Source of the DNA: Craspedostauros australis
Lineage: Eukaryota
Direction of reading: 5' to 3'
Length of the DNA: 41,514 nt
NCBI GenBank assembly: GCA_030167865.1
Contig: JALAGF010000922.1
Location: 1-41,514 of the forward strand
Below the pieces are notes generated by a model. That model was not told the origin of the DNA and did no database searches. It saw nothing but the letters and a program-made list of their open reading frames with translations. Both the position numbers and the translations under genes were made by a program. Position 1 is the first letter of the stretch; each line of letters opens with the position of its first letter. Positions 1-9,700 of this stretch are shown one piece after another.

Positions 1-1
1 C

Positions 2-1789
2 AACGAGCCAGCCTTCAAGTGGTGGGTGCCGCACACCCTCCGCAAGCGACAGCGCATCATCATGGCAACCAAACGGAGACAAGTACGCAAACAAGAGATG
101 TTCGGTGTTGCGCTACCAACCTCCGTACGACATGCGCTTGCCATCGATGCGGAATCGGGCACTGATATGTGGCGCAAAGCAATCGAGAAGGAGATGAAAG
201 CCGTACGCCCTGCCTTCGACATCAAAGAGACCGACACTCCCAATCCCATTGGACATCNATACATGGAGTGTCACATGATCTTCGCAGTGAAGGTNGACCT
301 CACACGAAAAGCGCGNTTGGTGGCTGGTGGCCACATGACAGAGGCACCAGCGGCCATCACCTATGCGAGTGTGGTGTCACGCGAGAGCGTGCGCATCGCA
401 TTCCTACTTGCCGCACTCAACGACTGCAACATACTGGCAGCCGACGTCCAAAACGCATACCTGAACGCACCATGCAGAGAACGAATATACACGCGATGCG
501 GACCCGAGTTCGGGTCCGACCAAGGCAAGATTGCCGTCATCTGTCGGGCCTTGTATGGCCTGAAATCCAGCGGAGCCGCTTGGCGCGCGCATCTGGCTGA
601 GACACTGCGCGATTCGATGGGATACACATCCTGCCGCGCAGACAGCGACGTCTGGATGAAACCAGCTGTGGCGAGCGATGGGTCAGAGTATTATGAATAC
701 GTGCTTGTGTATACAGACGACATCCTTGCGGTGTCCAAACAACCCCAGCGCATCCTAGATGCAATCGGCTCACACTTCTTCCTCAAACCGAGTTCCATCG
801 GCCCTCCTACTACTTACCTTGGATCCACTATCGCGCCATACCACATTGACTCTGATACAACACGTCCCAAATGGAGCATGGGATCACGTGCCTACATACG
901 AGCCGCCATCAAGATCGTGACAAAATGGCTCACAGACCGACAAGGGCGTCTCAAGACAAAGGCACCCAGTGTGATACCAAACAACTATCGACCCGAATTG
1001 GATGCAACACCGTTGTGCGATGCAGAGGAGATGCAATTCTACCAGCAACTGATCGGCATCCTGCGTTGGACCGTTGAGCTGGGTCGAATCGACATCTGCT
1101 GTGAAACATCCATGATGTCCTCATATTGTGCCGCACCACGCATGGGTCACCTACGAACGCTCTTCCACATGTTTGCCTATCTGAACTCACACGATCGTTC
1201 TCGTCTTGTCTTTGATGATGCATACGTTGACAAACCTGCTGTGATACAACCGGAGTGGGGCGACTTCTATGCCGACGCCCACGAACAGATACCGAATGAC
1301 ATGCCACCACCACGCGGAAAGGAGGTCCAGATGACCTGCTTCGTTGATGCTGACCATGCAGGCGATCGGGTGACGCGTCGATCGCGCACCGGAGTCCTAC
1401 TGTATCTGAACTCATCGCCCATCCTGTGGCACAGCAAGAAGCAAAACAGCATCGAAACATCCACATTCGGCAGCGAGTTCACCGCGCTCAAGGTGGCGAC
1501 GGAAATCGTCATCGGCATGCGCTACAAGTTACGTATGATGGGTGTCCCTATGGACGGCCCCACAGACATGCGCGTCGACAATCAGAGTGTTGTATACAAC
1601 GCCTCACTCCCCGCATCACAGCTACGAAAGAAAGCCAACGCCATTGCATATCACTTTGTCCGAGAGAGCATCGCGGCGGGTGTGATGACCGTCGCATACG
1701 AGCCATCAGAAACCAACCTCGCCGACATGCTCACCAAACCACAATCAGGTCCAAGACGGACAGCTCAAGCACAATGTGTTTTATTCTAA
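2..1789 (+). CDS. pol: Copia Pol polyprotein, C-terminal part (reverse transcriptase + RNase H), 5'-truncated by the window edge
   Basis: Uninterrupted frame of about 595 codons, RT followed by RNase H as the last domain (copia order), RT catalytic motif YTDD, stop TAA at 1787-1789. Three N bases at 258, 295 and 316. Confidence 0.93.
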   Translation, partial: NEPAFKWWVPHTLRKRQRIIMATKRRQVRKQEMFGVALPTSVRHALAIDAESGTDMWRKAIEKEMKAVRPAFDIKETDTPNPIGHXYMECHMIFAVKXDLTRKAXLVAGGHMTEAPAAITYASVVSRESVRIAFLLAALNDCNILAADVQNAYLNAPCRERIYTRCGPEFGSDQGKIAVICRALYGLKSSGAAWRAHLAETLRDSMGYTSCRADSDVWMKPAVASDGSEYYEYVLVYTDDILAVSKQPQRILDAIGSHFFLKPSSIGPPTTYLGSTIAPYHIDSDTTRPKWSMGSRAYIRAAIKIVTKWLTDRQGRLKTKAPSVIPNNYRPELDATPLCDAEEMQFYQQLIGILRWTVELGRIDICCETSMMSSYCAAPRMGHLRTLFHMFAYLNSHDRSRLVFDDAYVDKPAVIQPEWGDFYADAHEQIPNDMPPPRGKEVQMTCFVDADHAGDRVTRRSRTGVLLYLNSSPILWHSKKQNSIETSTFGSEFTALKVATEIVIGMRYKLRMMGVPMDGPTDMRVDNQSVVYNASLPASQLRKKANAIAYHFVRESIAAGVMTVAYEPSETNLADMLTKPQSGPRRTAQAQCVLF

Positions 1790-1948
1790 CAGACAGACTG
1801 CGCGACAGTACCCATGGATGGTCGGCCACGGATTCCATCCGTGGTGGATGGGATGAGCGCCCTGTGGTGCCCACGCATGGGGCATGCAGCAGGTACATAC
1901 CATGTGAAGTGAAAAAGTGACGATCCGACAGTCAGCAGAGCCACAGCG

Positions 1949-1960
1949 AATCGAGGGGAC
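1949..1960 (+). promoter_or_regulatory. Putative polypurine tract (plus-strand primer) of the copia element
   Basis: AATCGAGGGGAC about 160 bp after the pol stop; position and GAGGGG core fit a copia PPT. Confidence 0.55.
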
Positions 1961-2367
1961 CAAACAGGGATGCATGTGAAACGGTTAAAATGGGGTTAGC
2001 TTGCGAACACGGGCATCGCCCAACTACAGGAGAACAGTGTACTCTCTGACAATCCTACACGACCCTATAACCCTTATAATCTGAATCCTTTGGGTTTCCA
2101 ACCCTCAATGACAATCCGTGTGTGTGTTAACTTGCGTGGACGCGACTGTTCGCTCCAATCCGCGATGGTGATACACTTATGCTCAGCTGCATTCGTAGCT
2201 TGACGCAATAAACAATTGGGGTTTTCCGCCTCCTTCTTGCTCTTGATGCGTCACGGAGGTCACGTCGTTGTGTCCCATGTGGTACTGGTTTGATATAAAG
2301 CGTGCAATAACAGATAATACGATGGTCGCTTCTTCTCACGGGACTTGCAGTCGACTTGTCAGCTACA
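1961..2367 (+). repeat. Probable 3' LTR of the copia element; right boundary uncertain
   Basis: Non-coding DNA directly after the putative PPT, with TATAA-like motifs near 2066 and 2075. The 5' LTR is outside the window, so the boundaries cannot be confirmed by pairing. Confidence 0.3.
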
Positions 2368-3731
2368 GGTATACCATCCTCGTAGTATGGAGAGGCTCAT
2401 TTCGTGCCAAAGTCTCACAAGAGTAGCACAGTGCAAAGTTGTGCCTGGGGGACGCAGCACTTGTTTCTATGTGCGGCGAACCAAGAGTTGGGCCGGGAGG
2501 CAATGGCGGAGGTGAAGAAGGCGGTGGTGTTCGAGGTAACAGAGGACCGAGATGACAGAAAGCGGTTCTTGCGGGCACTGCGACGGGAATTAGAGGAGCA
2601 GCTGCTGCGGGGAGCCCAGACAGAGGCGAATTGGGTCGGGCCATGTGATCATCGGCCAGATGTCGAAGGTGTGACGAAGTGAGGACGACAAGTTGGAGTG
2701 CATGGAGCCAAGGAATTGGATGGTGCGCAGGGAGGAGGTGCTTTGGGCGGCAGTGCTGGGATATCGGAAGAGGCATTTGCAGGTGGAGCACTGCGAAGTC
2801 AAGCGAGCAGAGCGGAGGAAAGAGAGCGATCGGGAAACAGTGTCGCAAGGATGCGCGACGGTAGTGTCTTTGGATTCCCCTGAAATCGTCGCTCCGTTGA
2901 TCCAGCCGTTAGGAGCCGAGTCAAGTTTGCGCAGGAGGGAGCCACCTCCGGAGCTGGATTCAGAATGTTGAGCTGGCGCTGGCGGGCGTGCGGAGGGTAG
3001 CGGTGGAGTGAGTGGAAAAACAGCGGGGACAGACGCTACAGTTTCGTCCTGGTGGCCCTGTCCGCTCGAGGTGGTTAGATAGAGTTGTGAGAAGCCGGGT
3101 CGACGGTGTCTTCGTATATGTAGATCGCAAGAGGCCGGCGGAAATTAGAATTCTACTTTATCCTTTCCAACGCCCATTCAGCCTCCTCACGCTCATCATT
3201 GTCGATCGTTGGGGTGTCCCTCGCAATTTGATTCAGCTTGGAACCGCATTGGCAAGGTTGGCTTGTGCCAAAGGTGAATATGCTGCCATTGATTGCGAGC
3301 ACAACACAAAGTGTATTTTTCTTCACGCTATTGATATCTCTAGCTTCATGTTTCTTTTCTATGTCTCCTCAGAAGAGATCTTGTGAAAGTGGCGACCGAA
3401 CGCTGAGGATAAGGAGGACTGCTGCGATCGCCCAAGAAACTTCTTTTGGCGCCAGAATCGCAACGATCCTCGACAACGACCATTTCCGCGACGAACACAA
3501 CACAAATGCACATCGATTGATGGATGATGCGCATTCAAACGAGATGCGTCTCCAGCAACTGCGATACTCCTCATATCTCATATTATACGAGTACGGTACG
3601 AGGACGATTACGATTGACGAAAGCTTTGATCAAAGCTTCGATCAAAGCCTGTCATAGGTTTTACGCATCACCATCGCTTGCGTTTCATGAACGGACGACT
3701 TTGGGCAGGTACGAAAACGAGGACAAACACG

Positions 3732-6515
3732 ATGAACGCTATCGAACCTGACGTTGCTGATCTCACGCACGAAGATGCAGCCTTTGGCACACAGCAGGGG
3801 TCAACAAGACCTTTGAAGCAGCACCAACGACAGGCATCCAAGCGGAGCCGTCATGACACGCACTCTTATCCATCATTTGGTCGCAACCAAGCTGTCCACG
3901 AGACTGCCGATCGCAGCTGCGAATACTCCACAACGATCGACGGCATGCCCGTGATGGCCCACCTGTGCGTTGAGGAACGGTGGCTGGATGTCATCCATCG
4001 ATGCCAAACGCATCCTCACGAAGCACGGGCGATGTCGTTTCGCCATGACGATGAGTTCACAACGCCAGAATCTGATACGCAGTCTTTGGTACCGTTGGCG
4101 TTGGCATGCGCGTGGGATCCATCCAACACTGTTGCGCGCAAGCGACCATGCACGCAACAGGAGGAAGAACGGCGGCAGCAAGAGCAACAGCAGAATCTGG
4201 ACCTCAAGTTGGCCACCATCCTGGCGCTGATCGATGCCTCTCCCGAAGCTATCCATGCCGATCAGGTGTCACTTGGTCACACTCCATTGAGGTGCTTGCT
4301 CCTGCGCCACAACGATTTAGTGGTGTTTGGTGCGGATGTTGTGCGACGCATGCTCGGAGCTGACTTCGATCGATTCATCGCACGCGGGCACTCGCATGAT
4401 CAATGCGATGAAACAGAGATGGCTAGATGTGACGTTGATCTGCGACCGCGTGCATCGACGGTGCCTGTTTCTAACGGTGGGTGGGTTCGCAGCAATTCCG
4501 CTGGCAGAAGCAGGGACAATCGCAACTCTAATTTACCTGCCGTACTGAAGCAAGACGAAAATGGTCAAGTTCCCTTGGATCTCATCATCCAACATCTCCG
4601 TTCATTTGGCAAGATGACCACCACCACCACCACGAACAATAACGACAACAGCGGAGGCGGCATCGACGTCAACAAGTCCGATTGGATCGTGTATCTCCAA
4701 CTTTTGGATCTCATGCTGGATCATTTGGTACAAATCAAGACACGTTGTGAGCAGATGCGAGATTTGCAAACATCCCAACGCTGCGAACAGGTGATCGTGC
4801 AATCATTGATCCGATGCTTTTCCGTGGGTTGCTTCCAACAATACCACGATTGCCAGCGCTACCAGATTGAATCGTTTTCGAATCCCTCTCACCGAAGAAG
4901 TGACAGAATGCATCGATTGCAACACCTGGAATCCATTGTTGCCAAGGTCACTGATTGCATACGCAAGTGTGCTTCATCGCAGGAACTCTTCCGTCCACCC
5001 ATTCCTCGCCAAGTGGAGACCACCGAGTATGGACAGCACCATGGTCGCGGCGATCGCACGTGCTCTGTGTTGGCAACTACCGGATCACAACTCACCGCCT
5101 GCACCGTGTTACACATGGCCATTAAGAATTACGGCGAGAGCAAGTCGATCATCCAAAGCATCCTTGACAGCGATCCCAATCGCGAGATGTTGGAAGCACG
5201 CAACTTATACTCTGATTTGCCACTTCATGTTGCAGTATCGGTGGGCATTCCGCTGGATATCCTCAACCTCATTCTGTCAGCAACGATTCAGCGCGACACT
5301 TCGGCTCATCGCAGCACCGGCGCAAGAGTCGATGATGCGACCACGGTTGATCACAGTCACGATCACGCTCGTGCGCAAATGATCTCGCCAAGGATCAACA
5401 CATTATGTTGGTCGACCAATCGACGTGGATACTACGCCACTGACTTGGCGTGGATGCATCACGTCGAGGCCAACAATGGCCACAGCTCTGGCCGGTCCTT
5501 GTACCCGTTGGAAACCACTGGGATACGCAGATTCGGGAGGAAGGATGACACCTACTACAGGATGCTGTTGGATGAGGCCGTTGAATCGACGATTAATGCC
5601 ACCAACACGAAGAATCAAAAGCCGAAAGATTTCAAGAGAAGTGATGGCAATGCGCACCATTCCGTGGCGTCCGCATTGAAGTACGCGGCGTGCAAGGCGT
5701 CGTTCGGTGACCTGTTGGATCGTTACGCGATGATCATCCAGACATCGGTGTTCGCTGAAGCCGGCCTGCAACAAGCATCCCAGGCACTTCATTTGCAAGC
5801 AAGTCTGCTGCACGCCATCGCCCTAGTGACATCGCCTATGAATCCGACGCCGGTCCTCCCTCAATCCATCCTCCGATTGTTCCTTTGGATCGGGCACGAT
5901 CATTGCTGTGCGCGTGATCGTTTCGGTATGCTTCCCATCGATTACGCAGTCCAGCTGACGACCATCGGTGTTTCAACAGTGTCATCCGAAGAACCGATGG
6001 CGACAGGAGCAGTGGAAGAATCACCGGCGAGAACAGGAACGCAGGTGCATTCAGACGGAAGGTATGACGGCATAAAGCAAGAGAACTGTGACAATTGGCA
6101 ATCCTTCGTTGAACAGCTTCTGCAGCTGGAGCAGACCAGGCGCAGTCAGCAGGCGCCCCTTCGTTACCCCACTGACAGCTCCGACAGGTCCCGACATGTG
6201 GAGAACCCGCATGGAGCACTTCATCGGCTTCTCCGTGAATGCAACGGACTGTTCGCAGCATACAAACTACGCAATTCGTTCACTGCGGACTTGGATTGTG
6301 TCCCACACAAACTCCGCCATCTCTCGAATGTCATAACCAACGTCGCACAGAGTCTAATGGACCACCATCCTGAATCCATCGACTGCAGGGACCTATCCAC
6401 ACAGCTGTATCCATTCATGCATGCTGCAACATCATATCCGTTGATATCGCTCGACGTGATCTATAAAAGCTTGAGGAAATCACCAGCACGAATCAATACG
6501 CTCATTTTGCCATGA
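3732..6515 (+). CDS. Diatom-type ankyrin-like repeat protein (about 927 aa)
   Basis: Long intronless ORF (3678-6515; first good ATG at 3732). Dispersed degenerate ankyrin motifs (PLALACA, GHTPLRCLL, DENGQVPLDLI, TVLHMAI, SDLPLHVAV, DRFGMLPIDYA), N-terminal WLDVIHRCQTHPHEA and C-terminal LYPFMHAA...LDVIYKSLRKSP typical of this expanded diatom family. Confidence 0.8.
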   Translation: MNAIEPDVADLTHEDAAFGTQQGSTRPLKQHQRQASKRSRHDTHSYPSFGRNQAVHETADRSCEYSTTIDGMPVMAHLCVEERWLDVIHRCQTHPHEARAMSFRHDDEFTTPESDTQSLVPLALACAWDPSNTVARKRPCTQQEEERRQQEQQQNLDLKLATILALIDASPEAIHADQVSLGHTPLRCLLLRHNDLVVFGADVVRRMLGADFDRFIARGHSHDQCDETEMARCDVDLRPRASTVPVSNGGWVRSNSAGRSRDNRNSNLPAVLKQDENGQVPLDLIIQHLRSFGKMTTTTTTNNNDNSGGGIDVNKSDWIVYLQLLDLMLDHLVQIKTRCEQMRDLQTSQRCEQVIVQSLIRCFSVGCFQQYHDCQRYQIESFSNPSHRRSDRMHRLQHLESIVAKVTDCIRKCASSQELFRPPIPRQVETTEYGQHHGRGDRTCSVLATTGSQLTACTVLHMAIKNYGESKSIIQSILDSDPNREMLEARNLYSDLPLHVAVSVGIPLDILNLILSATIQRDTSAHRSTGARVDDATTVDHSHDHARAQMISPRINTLCWSTNRRGYYATDLAWMHHVEANNGHSSGRSLYPLETTGIRRFGRKDDTYYRMLLDEAVESTINATNTKNQKPKDFKRSDGNAHHSVASALKYAACKASFGDLLDRYAMIIQTSVFAEAGLQQASQALHLQASLLHAIALVTSPMNPTPVLPQSILRLFLWIGHDHCCARDRFGMLPIDYAVQLTTIGVSTVSSEEPMATGAVEESPARTGTQVHSDGRYDGIKQENCDNWQSFVEQLLQLEQTRRSQQAPLRYPTDSSDRSRHVENPHGALHRLLRECNGLFAAYKLRNSFTADLDCVPHKLRHLSNVITNVAQSLMDHHPESIDCRDLSTQLYPFMHAATSYPLISLDVIYKSLRKSPARINTLILP

Positions 6516-6787
6516 TGCTACACCACGAGCACGAGCATGAGCATGGACATTAGCAGTTGCGACCACGTCTCTCTCCCTCTCTCTAGAGAGTACCTCGGAT
6601 GGGGACTTTCACACAACGAACCGGTTGTTTGATTCCATACATCGATGGAGATCGCATTCGTGAAGTACGACCCAGTGGAACCAGAGGCATGCCATACAGG
6701 CAATCTAACAGTCGTAGTGGCTGATACTCCGTGCTTATTTACAATATGCTGCACTACCTGGAGAAGCAATAAAGCACTATTTTGTGA

Positions 6788-9700
6788 TTATGCTTCACCA
6801 TTGCTGTCTGACTCGCTCGCTTGCTGATGAATGAGAGAGAGTTTGAAAGTGGGATCTGACCGCAACATGTCAACCTTCCCGGCAGCACCCCACGTTGAAT
6901 ACAGACTATACGCTTTGTCCATGTAGTTTTGTCCATTTTGGACCATTCCGATCTTGCAGAGGAACCGCCCCAACCTCTCGCTTGCGAGCGCCTGATCTTG
7001 GATGTAATTGCGTTTACTTGCCTCTTCGATGGCTTGGTGGTAGTCACGGATGGCATCATCTCTCCTCCCATTCATGGCGTTCTTCTCCGCGCTCAAGATC
7101 AGCAGGTAGTGATCGCAATTGCGGGTACCATTCTTCTTCCACTGCTTCAGCTTTTTGTGACACTGGTGTGCCAACCGTCGGTAGGCCTTGGATTGGGGAT
7201 TATGCGTGTTGCCGGCGATTTGGCAGCAAAGGCCACCCAGGAACATCACTAGCACTGTGATTGGTACGCCGGGCACCTGATGCAGTATGCTACGGTATGT
7301 CTCGTACATGACCCTTGCCCCAGTCTCGAATTCGCCGTAGAAGACCGCCAGTAGGATCTTGGAGTTGCCAACATCCTGCACCAGCATGGCATCATCCTGT
7401 GTTGCTGGCTCCGTGGACGCCTCGTTCTCGTTGAATGCGTCGCCAACCAATTCGGTGGTGGCGCGGGATGAGCCCCTCAGGTTGAGGACGGCTTGCCAGT
7501 ATGCCGATGATGCTATCTGCAGATGGGGCTTGCGGAAGTCTTTCATGAGCTTGGTAGATGTGGAGAGCTCCTTGTCCAGTGACTCCAACGACGACCCGGT
7601 CATGAGGCGCACATGCCCGTGGACGGACAATGCCCACAGAGCAGATTCGGCATCCCCAGTGGCCATACTTACTCGGTAGGTGTGCATGAGCGGTTCCTTC
7701 ATCAACTCCATCGGCGAATTCCAGTGCAGGATTCCAGAGTACACCAGCAACATGGTCTGGGTGTCGGTTACCGTGGTACCGCCCGTCCTTTCGACGATCT
7801 CTAACGCTATCTCTCCAAATTTCAATCGGCTTTGGGGGTCATTCAGGAGCGACCCCAAAGTCAAGCCTTGGAAACCAATCGCGATACTCGAGTGCGGGGT
7901 GATCCCAACACGCAGCACCTTTCTCACTGCCATGAGCAGGACACTCGGCAGCAGCTCCCGCCGAGAGAAGTAGCATGCCACCACCAACCGCGCCAACATC
8001 CGTGCGATTGCTAGTTCTGTCGGATCGGACACAAGCGGCAGCTTCTCAAAAGTGGAATCCGTCCACGTGCGAGACTTTCGCCGAATGGCTATGTTCCCGA
8101 GGAGGGCTTTCGTTGTATTGAAAGCGTTCGGTGCTGGAACGTTGCAGCCCAGGCCCTTCAGAACTTCCAGGCACCATTCCACCGCGCTGTTGCCTTCGTT
8201 GCCGGTGGTGGCTGCCGAGCATGCGTCGATGAGGACGCGGTAGGCACGGACTTTGTGCAGCATGTGACACTCCTGCTTGATGATCGTTGCGCAGTACGTT
8301 CGCATCTCTTCAGTGGATACCGTGTGGAGCGCGCATTCCGCAGCGGATGAGTAGATGTCCAGGCTCAGATCGGAATGTGTTGACCAGTGTTCTGGTGGCA
8401 GCAGCTTGATCGCATCACGAAAATATGTTAGCGCCTGATGGAATGCGCAGCAACCCACCGCTTTCATCCCGGCACCGTAGTAGAGGTTGATGATACGCAT
8501 GCGGCTGTTGATTCCGTTGGTGATGGAGGGGACGAGGTCGAGCTTCTTGCTGAGCAAACTGGCGACGTTGAACATCTTGTCTTCCAGCTCTGCCTTCGTC
8601 AAGGCCAGGAGGAGGCTCTCGCCGATGTGGAAATGAAACTCATCAATCTTGTCATCTGGAACGATCCTGATCGCAGCCTCATGCACCTTGCTTTGTACAA
8701 AGGTGTACAAGTCCGATAGAGGACGCCCGTGATTTGCATTCTTATTCCAAGGGAAGTTCGGGCAGCCTTTGGGCATCATGGAGGCATCGGCATGTGCTAG
8801 AAAGCCGTTCTTGACGCAACTTCGTATCATTCTGCGGATGTTGCCGTCGGTGCATTGGTGCGAGCTCATTCCAACCTCCTCCAGACTCTGGTAGAATTTG
8901 GAATGGCCTGAATGAATGGCAAGCGTCCGAATAATGATCGCGATCACTGACTGGGAGAATGTCATGCCCAAGCAGGCGGCGATGGGGAGGATATGACATG
9001 CTGCCTGAGATTGTCGAATCTTATGATTCATCAGCTCGAGTATGGATGACGCGTCAGGGAACTCCGACTGGACGAGTGCAGGATCCCACGTCCATTCGGG
9101 AGTGAGCAAGTCGGCATTGTACGTGATGAGGTCGTTCTGCAGGAGCGAGTGCAGGTACTGCTTGACGCAGAAGATGTTACCCCTGGTCTTGGAATGGACG
9201 ATGCGCGCCAGATTATCCATCCTCAAAGACTCGGCAGTTTCGTTGGCATCATGCATCGTGCCTTGACCGTCCCAGCGGCCGAACGCTTCGGATAGTTTGC
9301 GCAGTGCGCTTGTGATGAGCTCGCGGACGCCATTCACGGGGAGAGCACCGATCTCGACCCGCAGCATCCGAATGCGACGGTCTCTCTTCGACTCTTCCAG
9401 ATGCTGGAGCATCTTGTTGACGGTGTGCTTTTGGTCGACCAGGTCGGATCGATGGCAGCCAATGGCCATGAGTGATGTGTTGTGAACATCCATCACCCAT
9501 GAAAGAATGAGATCCAACGACGTGCTATCGGCCCATTCCATGTCATCGAGTACGATGACCAAGGGAGCGAAGTCGCAGATGATCCGCACGAACCGTCGCA
9601 GGGTGAATTTGAGACCATCCGATTGTCCCTTCAAGGTAGCACGTTCGGTGGTGGGAGTTTGGTCTGTCGATTCTTCCTTAAATCTGCCGTTGGGAGACGT

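Larger units (their letters stand above)
1..1960 (+). mobile_element. Ty1/copia LTR retrotransposon (diatom CoDi-like), 3' internal region; 5' part lies outside the window
   Basis: Open frame from base 2 (NEPAFKWWVPHTLRKR) with copia RT motifs (KAxLVAGGH, DVQNAYLNA, RALYGLKSSG, LVYTDD) followed by RNase H (FVDADHAG, RRSRTG, STFGSEF, VDNQSV, NLADMLTK). Short 3' UTR with a purine tract at 1953-1960. Confidence 0.95.

Noticed and set aside
3040..3075. GGACGAAAC on the minus strand, resembling the 3' half of a hammerhead ribozyme core
   Set aside because: No CUGANGA box or matching stem II upstream.
6579..6590. Palindrome CTCTCTAGAGAG between the convergent genes
   Set aside because: Low-complexity CT/AG sequence; bacterial-style terminators are not expected in nuclear DNA.
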